A DNA stretch of 17,008 nucleotides from Tubiluchus corallicola. Its lineage: Eukaryota; Animalia; Priapulida. The number at the start of each line of letters is the position of its first letter. The stretch's first letter is position 1. The DNA lies in assembly GCA_030141605.1 (NCBI GenBank), contig JAQGDQ010002042.1, forward strand, positions 1 through 17,008, given 5' to 3'. A model generated the notes under the pieces. That model saw nothing but the letters and a program-made list of their open reading frames with translations, was not told the origin of the DNA and made no database searches. Shown one piece after another: positions 1 through 10,294 of this stretch. A program made the translations under genes and the position numbers.

Positions 1-422
1 CTCAAGGTAGTATATGCAATAGAAGCCACAAAATATTACACTGTAGTTCAACAAGCTAGACTACTTTTTCTACTCTGACATTGTATAGGTGGAACTTGTT
101 ATGTACACACGTCTCTTTAACATTTAAAATTTGACTTATAATTATACTGCTACCATTTACTGACATTCTGGCTTTTTCTTGACTCAATATTGGACCAACA
201 ATGTGTGTGTGCATTTTAGCTTTTTACTGTAACGTAGTAATCTGTAGCACTTATTTTCTAGCACTTATTTCAGTAGTTTTGTAGAGGTAGTAATTGTAGA
301 CTACAGAAAATTTGTACTTTTTGCAGAATAAACTAACATAGATATGGGAACGCAACTTTGGTTTGAACGTATACATTACAGTATAAAAGTAAGAGCCTAG
401 TTACTAAAGTATTCAGGGGTAG

Positions 423-925
423 CTAAAGCTAACGCCTAACTTTCTTCCAAATCCTATCGTTAATTCCAGAACAAGCAATCTAAAACAAATTAGGACAAAT
501 ACCCACTATGGAACGAACTCTGTAATCAAACAAGCAATTCTACTTTGGAATTCTCTACCATTACAGGTTAAACAAATCAAGTCCCTATCAGCATTTAAAA
601 CAAAATTAAAATCACTAATATTAACCAGATATGAAATACCATCACACCAGTACGACAACATAATTCAGAATTTATATATCCACGGCCATATTAATTAAAT
701 CATGTTTTTTTTCATTTTTTGTGCATAGTTGTAAATATGTTTGATTTTATTCGTCGTTACTTTCCATTACTGCACAGTAGTTTAGATTGCACTGACGCAT
801 TTGCCTTTAGCAGTGTAAGTTTTTATTAACTAACACTGATTGATCATCTCTGTAAAGTTTTTATCAGTGATTATCAATGTATTTTAATGGCAAATAAAGA
901 TTATTATATATATATATGTATATAC
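423..925 (+). mobile_element. 5'-truncated CR1/L2-group (Crack/Daphne-like) LINE: ORF2 C-terminus, 3' UTR and tail
   Basis: Open frame 423-698, absent from the ORF track, reads ...RTNTHYGTNSVIKQAILLWNSLPLQVKQIKSLSAFKTKLKSLIL..., the WN.LP...FK..LK signature. AATAAA at 893-898 is followed by a TTA/TA tail. The 5' boundary is approximate. Confidence 0.8.
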
Positions 926-3757
926 TCTCAACTCTCCATATTGTCAAATTTGTTACTAGTAGGCATTTGCATATTTTGGCTGTGGCCTATTATATTTGTC
1001 ATTAAAACGTGAGTAGCTATCATAGGCCATTGTCGCCTTGCATTGATCTCCTTAGCTTATTTTCCTCGGAAAATGAGTCTACTTTCATTATCATATAAAG
1101 GGCACATTTATAAGACACCACAGGCAGTTACTGAGTACACCTTTTATATAAGTGCCGCATAACGAACAGGTGCAAGGTATTACACAACAAGCAGTTGTGC
1201 AGCCTGCTTCAACATAAGCGCTATGCAAATACATGTAAGTAATAATGACCACGTAGAAACCAGGTTAATTGTATTTCTAACACACCACAAGTAATTGTTT
1301 GATCTGCTCATTACATAAACAACCATAAATTCACAATAGAGATGGGCTGGACATATTTTAATTGTGTTAAACTGAACATTTTTGCTGAAAGTACTGTCTT
1401 TCGATGAAGTAACTGAGTTAATAACAAGATGCTGGTTCTCTAAAACATGCTAAATAATGTAATGAAGTGCGTGAACAATGACATTTTTGTGTTTTTATAC
1501 GATACTAAATGACTTTGTATTGACTACCAAAACAAGCACTGCATGCAGATGCTTAACTCATGTTCTTAAAGGAAGACAGGATGATTTTTCATATACTACC
1601 CCATTTTCAAGTCTGATAAAAAGTACACATTTTAATACCAATAATAGTGCAAGTGTTTCTGATAGTTAAATAATAGATTAAAAACTTAATTAACGGCGGG
1701 CGAGCTCAACTATTGATGACATCACAAACTAACATAATTTTCAGCAGCAAAAATAGTCCACGAGCATGTTGCACGTGTTTCAGAAAGCGAAAATTGAAGT
1801 ACAGTGCTACTGTAAGATATTCAGTGTGTTGTACTAAAACTAAGCAAGTTTTCAGATAAAAACTTAAATTTCAAATTTACTGCTGTGCTCACGCATGAGC
1901 TGTCGAACGTGTGTAGTTCGTCACAAACTAACACATCTGAACTGAAAGGTACAGCGCCTGTTTTTGTGCAAAGCGGTTCCGAAATGCAGACGCTAGTGCC
2001 CGTCTAACTAGCGAATGGCGAAATGCATGTAAAAGCAAAGAAGAACTAGTGGCGCGAGCATTAAATTGTGTTTGTGTGGTAATAATTCTTTCACGTAAGT
2101 CATTTTTGAAGAAATGGTATATTTCCTTTCAATATTTTAAAGAGTAGATTGTTCTGACCTACAGTTTAAGATTGGGTCTGGTTTTACATTAAGCGTGTAA
2201 TTGTGGTCAATCATAAAAGCTGGTGCAGAATGCAAAACATTGGGTTACACGCTAATTGAGGGTTTCTGCCCAACTGTTGCTTAGAACGCCATTCATTGTT
2301 GCCATGGACTCCCTTTCGCGAACACGTTGTCTAGAATGTCCTTTAGCGTTGCCGTAGAATCCGTTTTTGTGCAATACGAAGTTTAGAATACGAATTTACT
2401 TTATTGTGACGTGATAATATGAAAACTTACTAAAATCTTATTGTATTAGCTGCCAGATAAGAACGAGATTGACCTCACGGCGAAATAGACCTGTTTGTAA
2501 AGTTACATTGCAAGCCAATAAGCCACTAAAGCACCCGTTCATGAAGTTGAATATCGACTAATGAAGTTAGATAGAAATTAAAAGCTTTCATTTTCAACAA
2601 AAAAAAACTCAGCTGGCCAACTTCGATAATAACCGAGTCAGTTTTCGTGAAAAGTAAATTAACTTCTCTTAATTGTATTGTTAAGAAAACAATTTGATAA
2701 AAATGCATTTTGTTACGCAGTTGTTATGTAATTAAAGTTTTTTTAGACTTGGACTTAGCAGAAAGTTGTAGTATCTTAGCGAGGTGCTGCCATCTTTTGG
2801 TTATTTGCCTGTAAAAACAATTTACCTATTTCTTAAGCTGTTTACTGTACTATCTATTTACATTTACTGGGTTTCAACTAGAGTTAATGAGGTGTAACAG
2901 GAGTCCTGGCTATCGTATGTTGGGCAGTAATAGTTCAGGTTTCATAGTCTGCTGGTAAAGTTCAGATTTCAAATTTCATAATGTAGTTTGTTAAGGTATG
3001 TTTGCTTCAAATTATATTTTGTGGTTTTTTGATTTACCTAAACTGAGGTTAGTGCTTTAAATTTAATTTTTGTTGCAGTGTGTTAAGCCTAAGTGAATTA
3101 TTAAGTTCTAAATGTTGCTTTTTGCTTTTATTATTTCAGACTGCAATTTATGTTGAACCCTCCCACCCCCTTTACACCGCCTTCACTCCTTTTTTTGAGC
3201 ACAATAATAAAGGAATTCAACCTGTACCAAATTGCTCATCATTTTTTATTGAGGTTATGGGTTACAGACATGCAGACAGACAAACTGGACAAAACACTAT
3301 TTAATTATTTCATCGTGACCTACTTTTCAAATTACTTCAGTTCCTCAGAGAAAATAGAATTCTTCAGTCGTGTAACCATCCTGCACTCTACATACCAAAC
3401 AGTAATGTCCATTCCCAAGGCACCAGCTTCTTGCTCGCCTTGCAATATTATTGATCTGTCCGAATATGTAGAAGCCATAATAATAATTGCCCACTGAAGC
3501 CGCGTCTGGTTACTGGATGCGTTGTTGTAGAATGACCCATTTGAGAGCATGGCAAATACAAGGGTATTATTTGCTTAAGCGACCAGCGAGAATGATTATC
3601 TTCGTTTGATGCTATTAGAACGTAAACCAATTACTTGATAGTTCCGAAAAGAATTAACTCGAAGTATTTATATATTGTTGGAAACTCATTAACGAAGTAA
3701 GCAACTTAATATTTGCTCTGTATAAATAACTGTACGAAGTACTTAAAGGACAAGAGC

Positions 3758-4005
3758 ATAATAATAATAATATTTATTTAAAGTCGGCTTTCGGTCAGCA
3801 ATTAACATTAGCTCAAAGAGCTATTATCGCCGACTGTAAATAACAACCTACAACTACATAACAGAGACTATTATTACCCCACTTTTACTCTAAATACCAC
3901 GCGTCAGGCAGGGCAAAGCAGATACCATTTTTAACGTCTTTGGTTCGAACTCACGACCTCCCAGACGGAAAGCAGACGCATTACCACTAGACTAAACCGT
4001 CTGGT
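3758..4005 (-). mobile_element. tRNA-derived SINE (~250 bp) with LINE-like structured 3' end and (TTA)n tail
   Basis: Minus strand: Pol III A box TAGTCTAGTGG (3984-3994), B box GAGTTCGAACC (3942-3952), nested stems AGTCGGC/GCCGACT (3782-3788/3829-3835) and TAGCTC/GAGCTA (3809-3823), AATAAA (3773-3778), then a (TTA)4 tail. Confidence 0.8.
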
Positions 4006-4792
4006 CGAGTACATAATTACTTCTATAGTTTCATTGTGCAAGTGTGTATCTAGAAAACCTGCCTTATGGCATCATTAACCGAGTAATTGTTTAATGTATA
4101 GGCCTGGAATAAAGTCCAAGGCAGGAAATAACTCGTTGGGAAAGACCTGACAGCCGTGATTGTTGATGGAGCAGGTCTTTCCTCAGGTTAAGAGGCAAAG
4201 CTATCTCTAAACTTAATAAAGACACTGTAGGTGTCGGGATAGAAATTCCCAGGATTAAATATTGAATTGTAATATGTTGTGACGTCTACTAACACTTATA
4301 TATTTTCATTTACAGATTGTATGTTATGAAATGATAATGTAAATAAGTACATCATGATGTTTTAACTCATTTGTTTATTGTTTACATTTACAAATATAAA
4401 CAAGTGACACGACAATGGACATCAAACACTAATAATACTTTCCCAGAACAAACTTTAGATAAAAACATTCAGTCTAATGCATTAAACGAAAAAATCAAAA
4501 ACAAATTCTATTCTTGTTCTCGACATGGTGGCGAAAGCACTGGGTCCATTTTATTTTTGTTCTCGACATTATACTAAATAATGTACTGTATGCTTCTGTA
4601 TGTCTGTACACCTATACAGATCTATACAGACAGACGTACAGTATGTATAAACGACGGGAATGGATAGTGAAAAAAGTCAGTAATATCGTTTTAAATGAAA
4701 TGCATTTTTAGCATTTCGTAACCAAAATAGTATTTGTTTCGAAATTGCAGTACAATTTTTTCAATTTGTTAGTAATACAAAAAATAAGAATA

Positions 4793-7006
4793 TTTACATG
4801 TTATAACAAGTTATATGTGTTTACAAGTTAACAAGTTTTACATGTTATAGCAAGTTATATGTGTTTACAAGTTAACAAGTTTTACATGTAATAACAAGTT
4901 ATATGTGTTTACAAGTTAACAAGTTTTACATGTTATAACAAGTTATATGTTTTTACAAGTTAACAAGTTTTACGTGTTATAACAAGTTATACGTGTTTAC
5001 AAGTTAACAAGTTTTACATGTTATAACAAGTTATATGTGTTTACAAGTTAACAAGTTTTACATGTTATAACAAGTTATATGTATTTACAAGTTAACAAGT
5101 TTTACATGTTATAACAAGTTATATGCGTTTACAAGTTAACACGTTTTACATGTTATAGCAAGTTATATGTGTTTACAAGTTAACAAGTTTTACATGTTAT
5201 AACAAGTTATATGTGTTTACAAGTTAACAAGTTTTACATGTTATAACAAGTTATATGTGTTTACAAGTTAACAAGTTTTACATGTTATAGCAAGTTATAT
5301 GTGTTTACAAGTTAACACGTTTTACATGTTATAACAAGTTATATGAGTTTACAAGTTAACACGTTTTACATGTTATAACAAGTTATATGTGTTTACAAGT
5401 TAACAAGTTTTACATGTTATAACAAGTTATATGCGTTTACAAGTTAACAAGTTTTACATGTTATAACAAGTTATATGTGTTTACAAGTTAACACGTTTTA
5501 CATGTTATAGCAAGTTATACGTGTTTACAAGTTAACAAGTTTTACATGTTATAACAAGTTATATGCGTTTACAAGTTAACACGTTTTACATGTTATAGCA
5601 AGTTATACGTGTTTACAAGTTAACAAGTTTTACATGTTATAACAAGTTATATGAGTTTACAAGTTAACAAGTTTTACATGTTATAACAAGTTATATGTGT
5701 TTACAAGTTAACACGTTTTACATGTAATAACAAGTTATACGTGTTTACAAGTTAACAAGTTTTACATGTTATAACAAGTTATATGCGTTTACAAGTTAAC
5801 ACGTTTTACATGTTATAGCAAGTTATACGTGTTTACAAGTTAACAAGTTTTACATGTAATAACAAGTTATACGTGTTTACAAGTTAACAAGTTTTACATG
5901 TTATAACAAGTTATATGCGTTTACAAGTTAACACGTTTTACATGTTATAGCAAGTTATACGTGTTTACAAGTTAACAAGTTTTACATGTTATAACAAGTT
6001 ATATGCGTTTACAAGTTAACAAGTTTTACATGTTATAGCAAGTTATATGTGTTTACAAGTTAACAAGTTTTACATGTAATAACAAGTTATATGTGTTTAC
6101 AAGTTAACAAGTTTTACATGTTATAACAAGTTATATGCGTTTACAAGTTAACACGTTTTACATGTTATAGCAAGTTATACGTGTTTACAAGTTAACAAGT
6201 TTTACATGTTATAGCAAGTTATATGTGTTTACAAGTTAACAAGTTTTACATGTTATAACAAGTTATATGAGTTTACAAGTTAACACGTTTTACATGTTAT
6301 AGCAAGTTATATGTGTTTACAAGTTAACACGTTTTACATGTAATAACAAGTTATATGTGTTTACAAGTTAACAAGTTTTACATGTTATAACAAGTTATAT
6401 GTTTTTACAAGTTAACAAGTTTTACGTGTTATAACAAGTTATACGTGTTTACAAGTTAACAAGTTTTACATGTTATAACAAGTTATATGCGTTTACAAGT
6501 TAACAAGTTTTACATGTTATAAAAAGTTATATGAATTTACAAGTTAACAAGTTTTACATGTAATAACAAGTTATATGTGTTTACAAGTTAACAAGTTTTA
6601 CGTGTTATAACAAGTTATATGTTTTTACAAGTTAACAAGTTTTACGTGTTATAACAAGTTATATGTGTTTACAAGTTAACAAGTTTTACATGTTATAACA
6701 AGTTATATGTGTTTACAAGTTAACAAGTTTTACATGTTATAACAAGTTATATGAGTTTACAAGTTAACAAGTTTTACATGTTATAACAAGTTATATGCGT
6801 TTACAAGTTAACAAGTTTTACATGTTATAACAAGTTATATGCGTTTACAAGTTAACAAGTTTTACATGTTATAACAAGTTATATGCGTTTACAAGTTAAC
6901 AAGTTTTACATGTTATAACAAGTTATATGTGTTTACAAGTTAACAAGTTTTACATGTTATAACAAGTTATATGTGTTTACAAGTTAACAAGTTTTACATG
7001 TTATAA
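4793..7006. repeat. 44-bp tandem satellite, left arm (~50 copies)
   Basis: Consensus TTATAACAAGTTATATGTGTTTACAAGTTAACAAGTTTTACATG at constant 44-bp period, with a few recurrent variant sites. Confidence 0.98.
7002..7006 (+). other. 5-bp target-site duplication TATAA (partner at 13525-13529)
   Basis: Removing 7007-13529 restores a perfect satellite unit, ...catgt-TATAA-caagtt... A 5-bp TSD is typical of BEL/Pao elements. Confidence 0.95.
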
Positions 7007-7294
7007 TGTGAAAAAGGCACAATCAATATATGTAGTAACATAAACCAAACTGCTTTAGTGGCACAAACACTTTATTATTGACTGTCTTTTCTGTACACTA
7101 CGTTGCGACTACTAGGTTAAAACCTGTAACAGCTCAAATAAGTTGAAACTGGTTAACCTTGGGCAATGCATGTCAGAAACCAGTCAGGTGAGAAAATGAT
7201 TCACTGTAGTCGAACTTGCTGTAAAGTTATAATGTTGCTAATGTTTATAAAGTTTATACTGTTCATAAACAGACTCGTGAATCAGTTCACGACA
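7007..7294 (-). repeat. 3' LTR (288 bp)
   Basis: Preceded on the minus strand by purine-rich GGCGGGAG. AATAAA on minus at 7071-7076. TATAAA on minus at 7244-7249 and 7253-7258. Confidence 0.97.
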
Positions 7295-8634
7295 CTCCCG
7301 CCAGCCAGAATTCCTTTGGTCCTTAGTTGCGCTTTAACTGCAGCCTGTCGACGTGGTCGTGGAGCATCTGAATCAGGTTTCTTGGCATTAGCATCTTCAT
7401 CATCATTGGCCATTTTGGACCCCGGCTGGTAATTAACACCATTTGATCCAGAATTTGCTGTAGTCTCCAATGGGTGCAATAGTTTAACTGAACGATTAAT
7501 ATGCCGACCATTTGGCAATCTCAATGTTACTGCACGGATAATTCCATCAGCGCTTGGGATGTGACTGGACACTCTTCCAAGCTTCCATTGTGCTCTTGGT
7601 TGCATGCCATCACGAACCAAAACCGTTTGTCCGACCACAGGTACCGATGATACTGAGCCACGGCTTCGTTGTTGTGCCCACCTTTCTCTTAAACTGAGGA
7701 GATAATCATTCCTCCATGAAGTCCAGAAGAGATTAAGTTGATGCTGGGAGCTCTTCCACAGAGCTACAAGTCTTTCAGCTGATTCTGATTTCACGGGAAA
7801 GGTAGGATCGGGTTCTGGAAGGATGGAAGGAGTACCCAATTTAGGATTACCTAGAAAATGTGCAGGGGTGATGAAGTCTCCGGAGCTGACATCAGTGTCA
7901 ACATAAACCAATGGCCTCGAATTTAAAATCCCTTCAACTTCTGTGATGATTGTTTGCAGTTGTACGAGATTAAGATGAGCTTTGCCTAAAGCTTTTCGTA
8001 AAGACTTCTTCACAGATTGGATCAGACGCTCATAAAAGCCGCCAAACCATGGTGCAAGCTCAACTATGAAATTCCAGCGAATCCCTTCTTTGGCAGTGTA
8101 GTTCTGAACTTCATCACTGTAAATCACTGATTCCCAAACTTTGTCTAAAGTAGATGCTGCCAACTTAAATGTCTTTGCATTGTCTGAGATAATTTGGTTT
8201 GGTTTACCACGACGTGATATAAATCGACGCAGACTCATCAGAAAACTGTGCGCAGTGAGATCTTCCACTACTTCTAGATGGATTGCTCTAATTGCAGCAC
8301 ATGTATACAGGCAAACCCAAACTTTGAACAAGTTTCCATCTCTTGTCTTGATGTACAGTGGACCCATGTAATCAATTCCAGTAGTACTAAATGGTGGACC
8401 TTCATTAACACGGCCACTTGGAAGTGGCGGTTCCTTTGGTACAGCAAAGTGACTTCCATGCCATCTTGTGCATTTCAAGCATTGTTTAACAAGTCGCAGA
8501 ACTGCTGCACGTCCTTGTGGAATCCAGTAATCTTTTCTCAACTGAGCAAGCAAGTGTTTTGGTCCTGCATGGCCAAGTCGTTCATGTGCATCTAGAATCA
8601 CCAAACGAGTAAACTTGGATTCCTTAGGCAACAA
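7282..8634 (-). CDS. int: Integrase (HHCC, DDE core, DUF5641-like C-terminus), uninterrupted 450 aa
   Basis: HERLGH...CLKC zinc-binding motif. GIDYMGP, SDNAKTF and GGFYERL catalytic triad. FWTSWRNDYL..LRER, PRAQWKLGRV, DGIIRAV and RSVKLLHPLE C-terminal motifs. Confidence 0.95.
   Translation of the reverse strand: MLPKESKFTRLVILDAHERLGHAGPKHLLAQLRKDYWIPQGRAAVLRLVKQCLKCTRWHGSHFAVPKEPPLPSGRVNEGPPFSTTGIDYMGPLYIKTRDGNLFKVWVCLYTCAAIRAIHLEVVEDLTAHSFLMSLRRFISRRGKPNQIISDNAKTFKLAASTLDKVWESVIYSDEVQNYTAKEGIRWNFIVELAPWFGGFYERLIQSVKKSLRKALGKAHLNLVQLQTIITEVEGILNSRPLVYVDTDVSSGDFITPAHFLGNPKLGTPSILPEPDPTFPVKSESAERLVALWKSSQHQLNLFWTSWRNDYLLSLRERWAQQRSRGSVSSVPVVGQTVLVRDGMQPRAQWKLGRVSSHIPSADGIIRAVTLRLPNGRHINRSVKLLHPLETTANSGSNGVNYQPGSKMANDDEDANAKKPDSDAPRPRRQAAVKAQLRTKGILAGGSVVN
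7295..7306 (-). other. Polypurine tract (GGCTGGCGGGAG), short and imperfect
   Basis: G-rich run abutting the TG of the 3' LTR. It also encodes the terminal AGGS residues of integrase. Confidence 0.8.
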
Positions 8635-9068
8635 AATGGATGGATTGTTCCATATGGTAAATTGGCATTCTGAATTCTGCCGCGGCTTCGGATTATTCCA
8701 TCTTTATCTAAAAAGAGATCCAACTGCTTGGTCCGATAATGTTTCACATTTTTATTACTACCAGTCAAGGCTTTAAGTTCTTCTCCATAAAAAACCTTTT
8801 GTACTGCTTTAATCCAAATGAACAAAGCTTCTTGCAGATTTTCAGCCTTTATCTGCCCAGAAATACTTTTGCCTCGTATACGGTTCAAAAACATGTGAAC
8901 TCGGCATGTCACACGAAGTAATTTTTGTAACGATGAGAAGCGGCTGATATCCATTTCAAACGGCATGACAGATGGAGTTTCTTCCAATTTGGGAATTTTC
9001 TCCTTGCCAGCATAGTTTCTTGACAAAAGTGCAACAGCTTCTTGTTCTTCTTGAAGACTTGTGTACAC
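8598..9068 (-). CDS. RNase H-integrase linker fragment
   Basis: ISRFSSLQKLLRVT, WIKAVQ..F..E, LFLDKDGIIRSRGRIQNANLPY..IHP. Adding 1 nt at ~8637 restores HPxLLPK and joins it to integrase. Confidence 0.88.
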   Translation of the reverse strand: MYTSLQEEQEAVALLSRNYAGKEKIPKLEETPSVMPFEMDISRFSSLQKLLRVTCRVHMFLNRIRGKSISGQIKAENLQEALFIWIKAVQKVFYGEELKALTGSNKNVKHYRTKQLDLFLDKDGIIRSRGRIQNANLPYGTIHPFCCLRNPSLLVW

Positions 9069-9895
9069 GGCAAATCAACAGGCCATTCTTCATGATCTTT
9101 AGTGAGAAACTTTGGCCCTCCCCACCAAACAGAGTTGCTGATCAATTGTGATACGGTACAACCTTTCGTTGCTAAATCAGCCGGGTTTTCATTTGTAGGA
9201 ATGTAGTTAAAAATGAGTGCAGTGTTTGATTTAATCTCTTTAATGCGATTCTCCACAAATAAACTTTTCAGACGAGTACTACGCAGCCACCATAGAACTA
9301 TTTGTGAATCTGACCACATGTATTCTTGTTGGATTTTAAGTCCAAGATGCTTCTTGACAAACGAAAGCAAACGTACACCAATCCAAACACCCATTAGTTC
9401 CAGCCTTGGCAATGTTATGATCTTCTTTGGAGCTACTCTGGCTTTTGCCATGATAAAGTTTGCAGAACGGACGTCATCTTGGTGCTTTACTAGGTACACC
9501 ACTGCAGCAAAAGCTTTAAGGGAAGCATCAGCAAAACAATGTAAATCATAAGTACATTCCTCATTGTTGGAGCCGATGTAGCGTTTAAGTGTTATGTCTG
9601 ATACAGTTTTTAATTCGCATGCAATTTTATTCCATTCCCTGTTGTAGTTTTCCGGAAGTTCCTGATCCCAGTCAAATTGTTCCTTCCACAACTGCTGAGT
9701 TAAGAATTTTGCAGGCATTACAACAGGTAGAACCATTCCAATAGGATCAAAAATCCGTGCAAATGCTTGAGTGATGATCCTTTTAGTTGGAGTAGATTCC
9801 AAGTCCAATTTTGGAGCTACACAATGGATTATGTCCTCTTTAATGTTCCATCCAAGCCCAAGTTGCTTGACCTGATAAGAATTTACTCTGTCATG
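8909..9895 (-). CDS. RT thumb, Pao (peptidase_A17-like) region and RNase H fragment
   Basis: LGLGWN, TKRII..FARIFDPIG, LWKEQFDWD, LHCFADAS, AKARVAP..TLPRLELMG, WSDSQIVLWW, FVENR, NPADLATKG, WWGGPKFL. Homologous reading leaves this frame at about 9065. Confidence 0.92.
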   Translation of the reverse strand, partial: HDRVNSYQVKQLGLGWNIKEDIIHCVAPKLDLESTPTKRIITQAFARIFDPIGMVLPVVMPAKFLTQQLWKEQFDWDQELPENYNREWNKIACELKTVSDITLKRYIGSNNEECTYDLHCFADASLKAFAAVVYLVKHQDDVRSANFIMAKARVAPKKIITLPRLELMGVWIGVRLLSFVKKHLGLKIQQEYMWSDSQIVLWWLRSTRLKSLFVENRIKEIKSNTALIFNYIPTNENPADLATKGCTVSQLISNSVWWGGPKFLTKDHEEWPVDLPCTQVFKKNKKLLHFCQETMLARRKFPNWKKLHLSCRLKWISAASHRYKNYFV

Positions 9896-10294
9896 CTATG
9901 GAATAGATTCCATAAACTCACTGCAGTTTGATGCGTATTCTCGAAGGTTCATTGACATTTGGGAAAAAATTTCTTTACTCTCTTTATAGAAGTTGTTGGC
10001 ATCTTCCAAGGAGTGTACACCGTAGGAAATGTTGTCGACGTAAATGTTTTTGCGAATCATATCAGCCACCTGACTGCCGTTCTTGCGGAGATGATGAGCG
10101 ACCACTGCTGCTAATAAAAAAGGCGAGGCATTCATGCCAAACAAAACACGTGTGAATCTATATACCACTAAGTTGTCCTCTGTAGGGGGCTTAGTGTGGT
10201 CTTTTAGCCAAAGAAATCTTGTTACATCGCGATCCTCTTCTTGCAGGCATATTTGCAGGAATGCCTTCTCTATATCTGCTAAAATCGCAAATTT
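9896..10294 (-). CDS. Reverse transcriptase catalytic core, between two premature stops
   Basis: ADIEKAFLQI..EEDRDVTRFLW...YRFTRVLFGMNASPFLL...IYVDNI (YVDN at 10031-10042), in frame with both neighbouring segments. Confidence 0.92.
   Translation of the reverse strand, partial: KFAILADIEKAFLQICLQEEDRDVTRFLWLKDHTKPPTEDNLVVYRFTRVLFGMNASPFLLAAVVAHHLRKNGSQVADMIRKNIYVDNISYGVHSLEDANNFYKESKEIFSQMSMNLREYASNCSEFMESIP

Noticed and set aside
1073-1240. Possible exon (TEYTFYISA, vaguely fibronectin-III-like; GTAAGT donor at ~1235)
   Set aside because: In-frame TAA interrupts it and the similarity is too short to support.
1566-2750. Kolobok-like non-autonomous DNA transposon starting TTAA-AGG, with 13-bp direct repeat TCACAAACTAACA at 1722 and 1921
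   Set aside because: No matching terminal inverted repeat or TSD found.
3942-4005. Functional tRNA gene
   Set aside because: No complete T-arm or acceptor stem. It continues into a SINE body and tail.
4139-4187. Hammerhead ribozyme on minus strand (CTGAGGA followed by a stem)
   Set aside because: The required GAAA after stem II is absent (reads TTTCCC).
1478-4711. Short 60-115 aa ORFs in the left unique region
   Set aside because: No recognisable motifs, AT-biased composition and mostly non-ATG starts. Consistent with chance.
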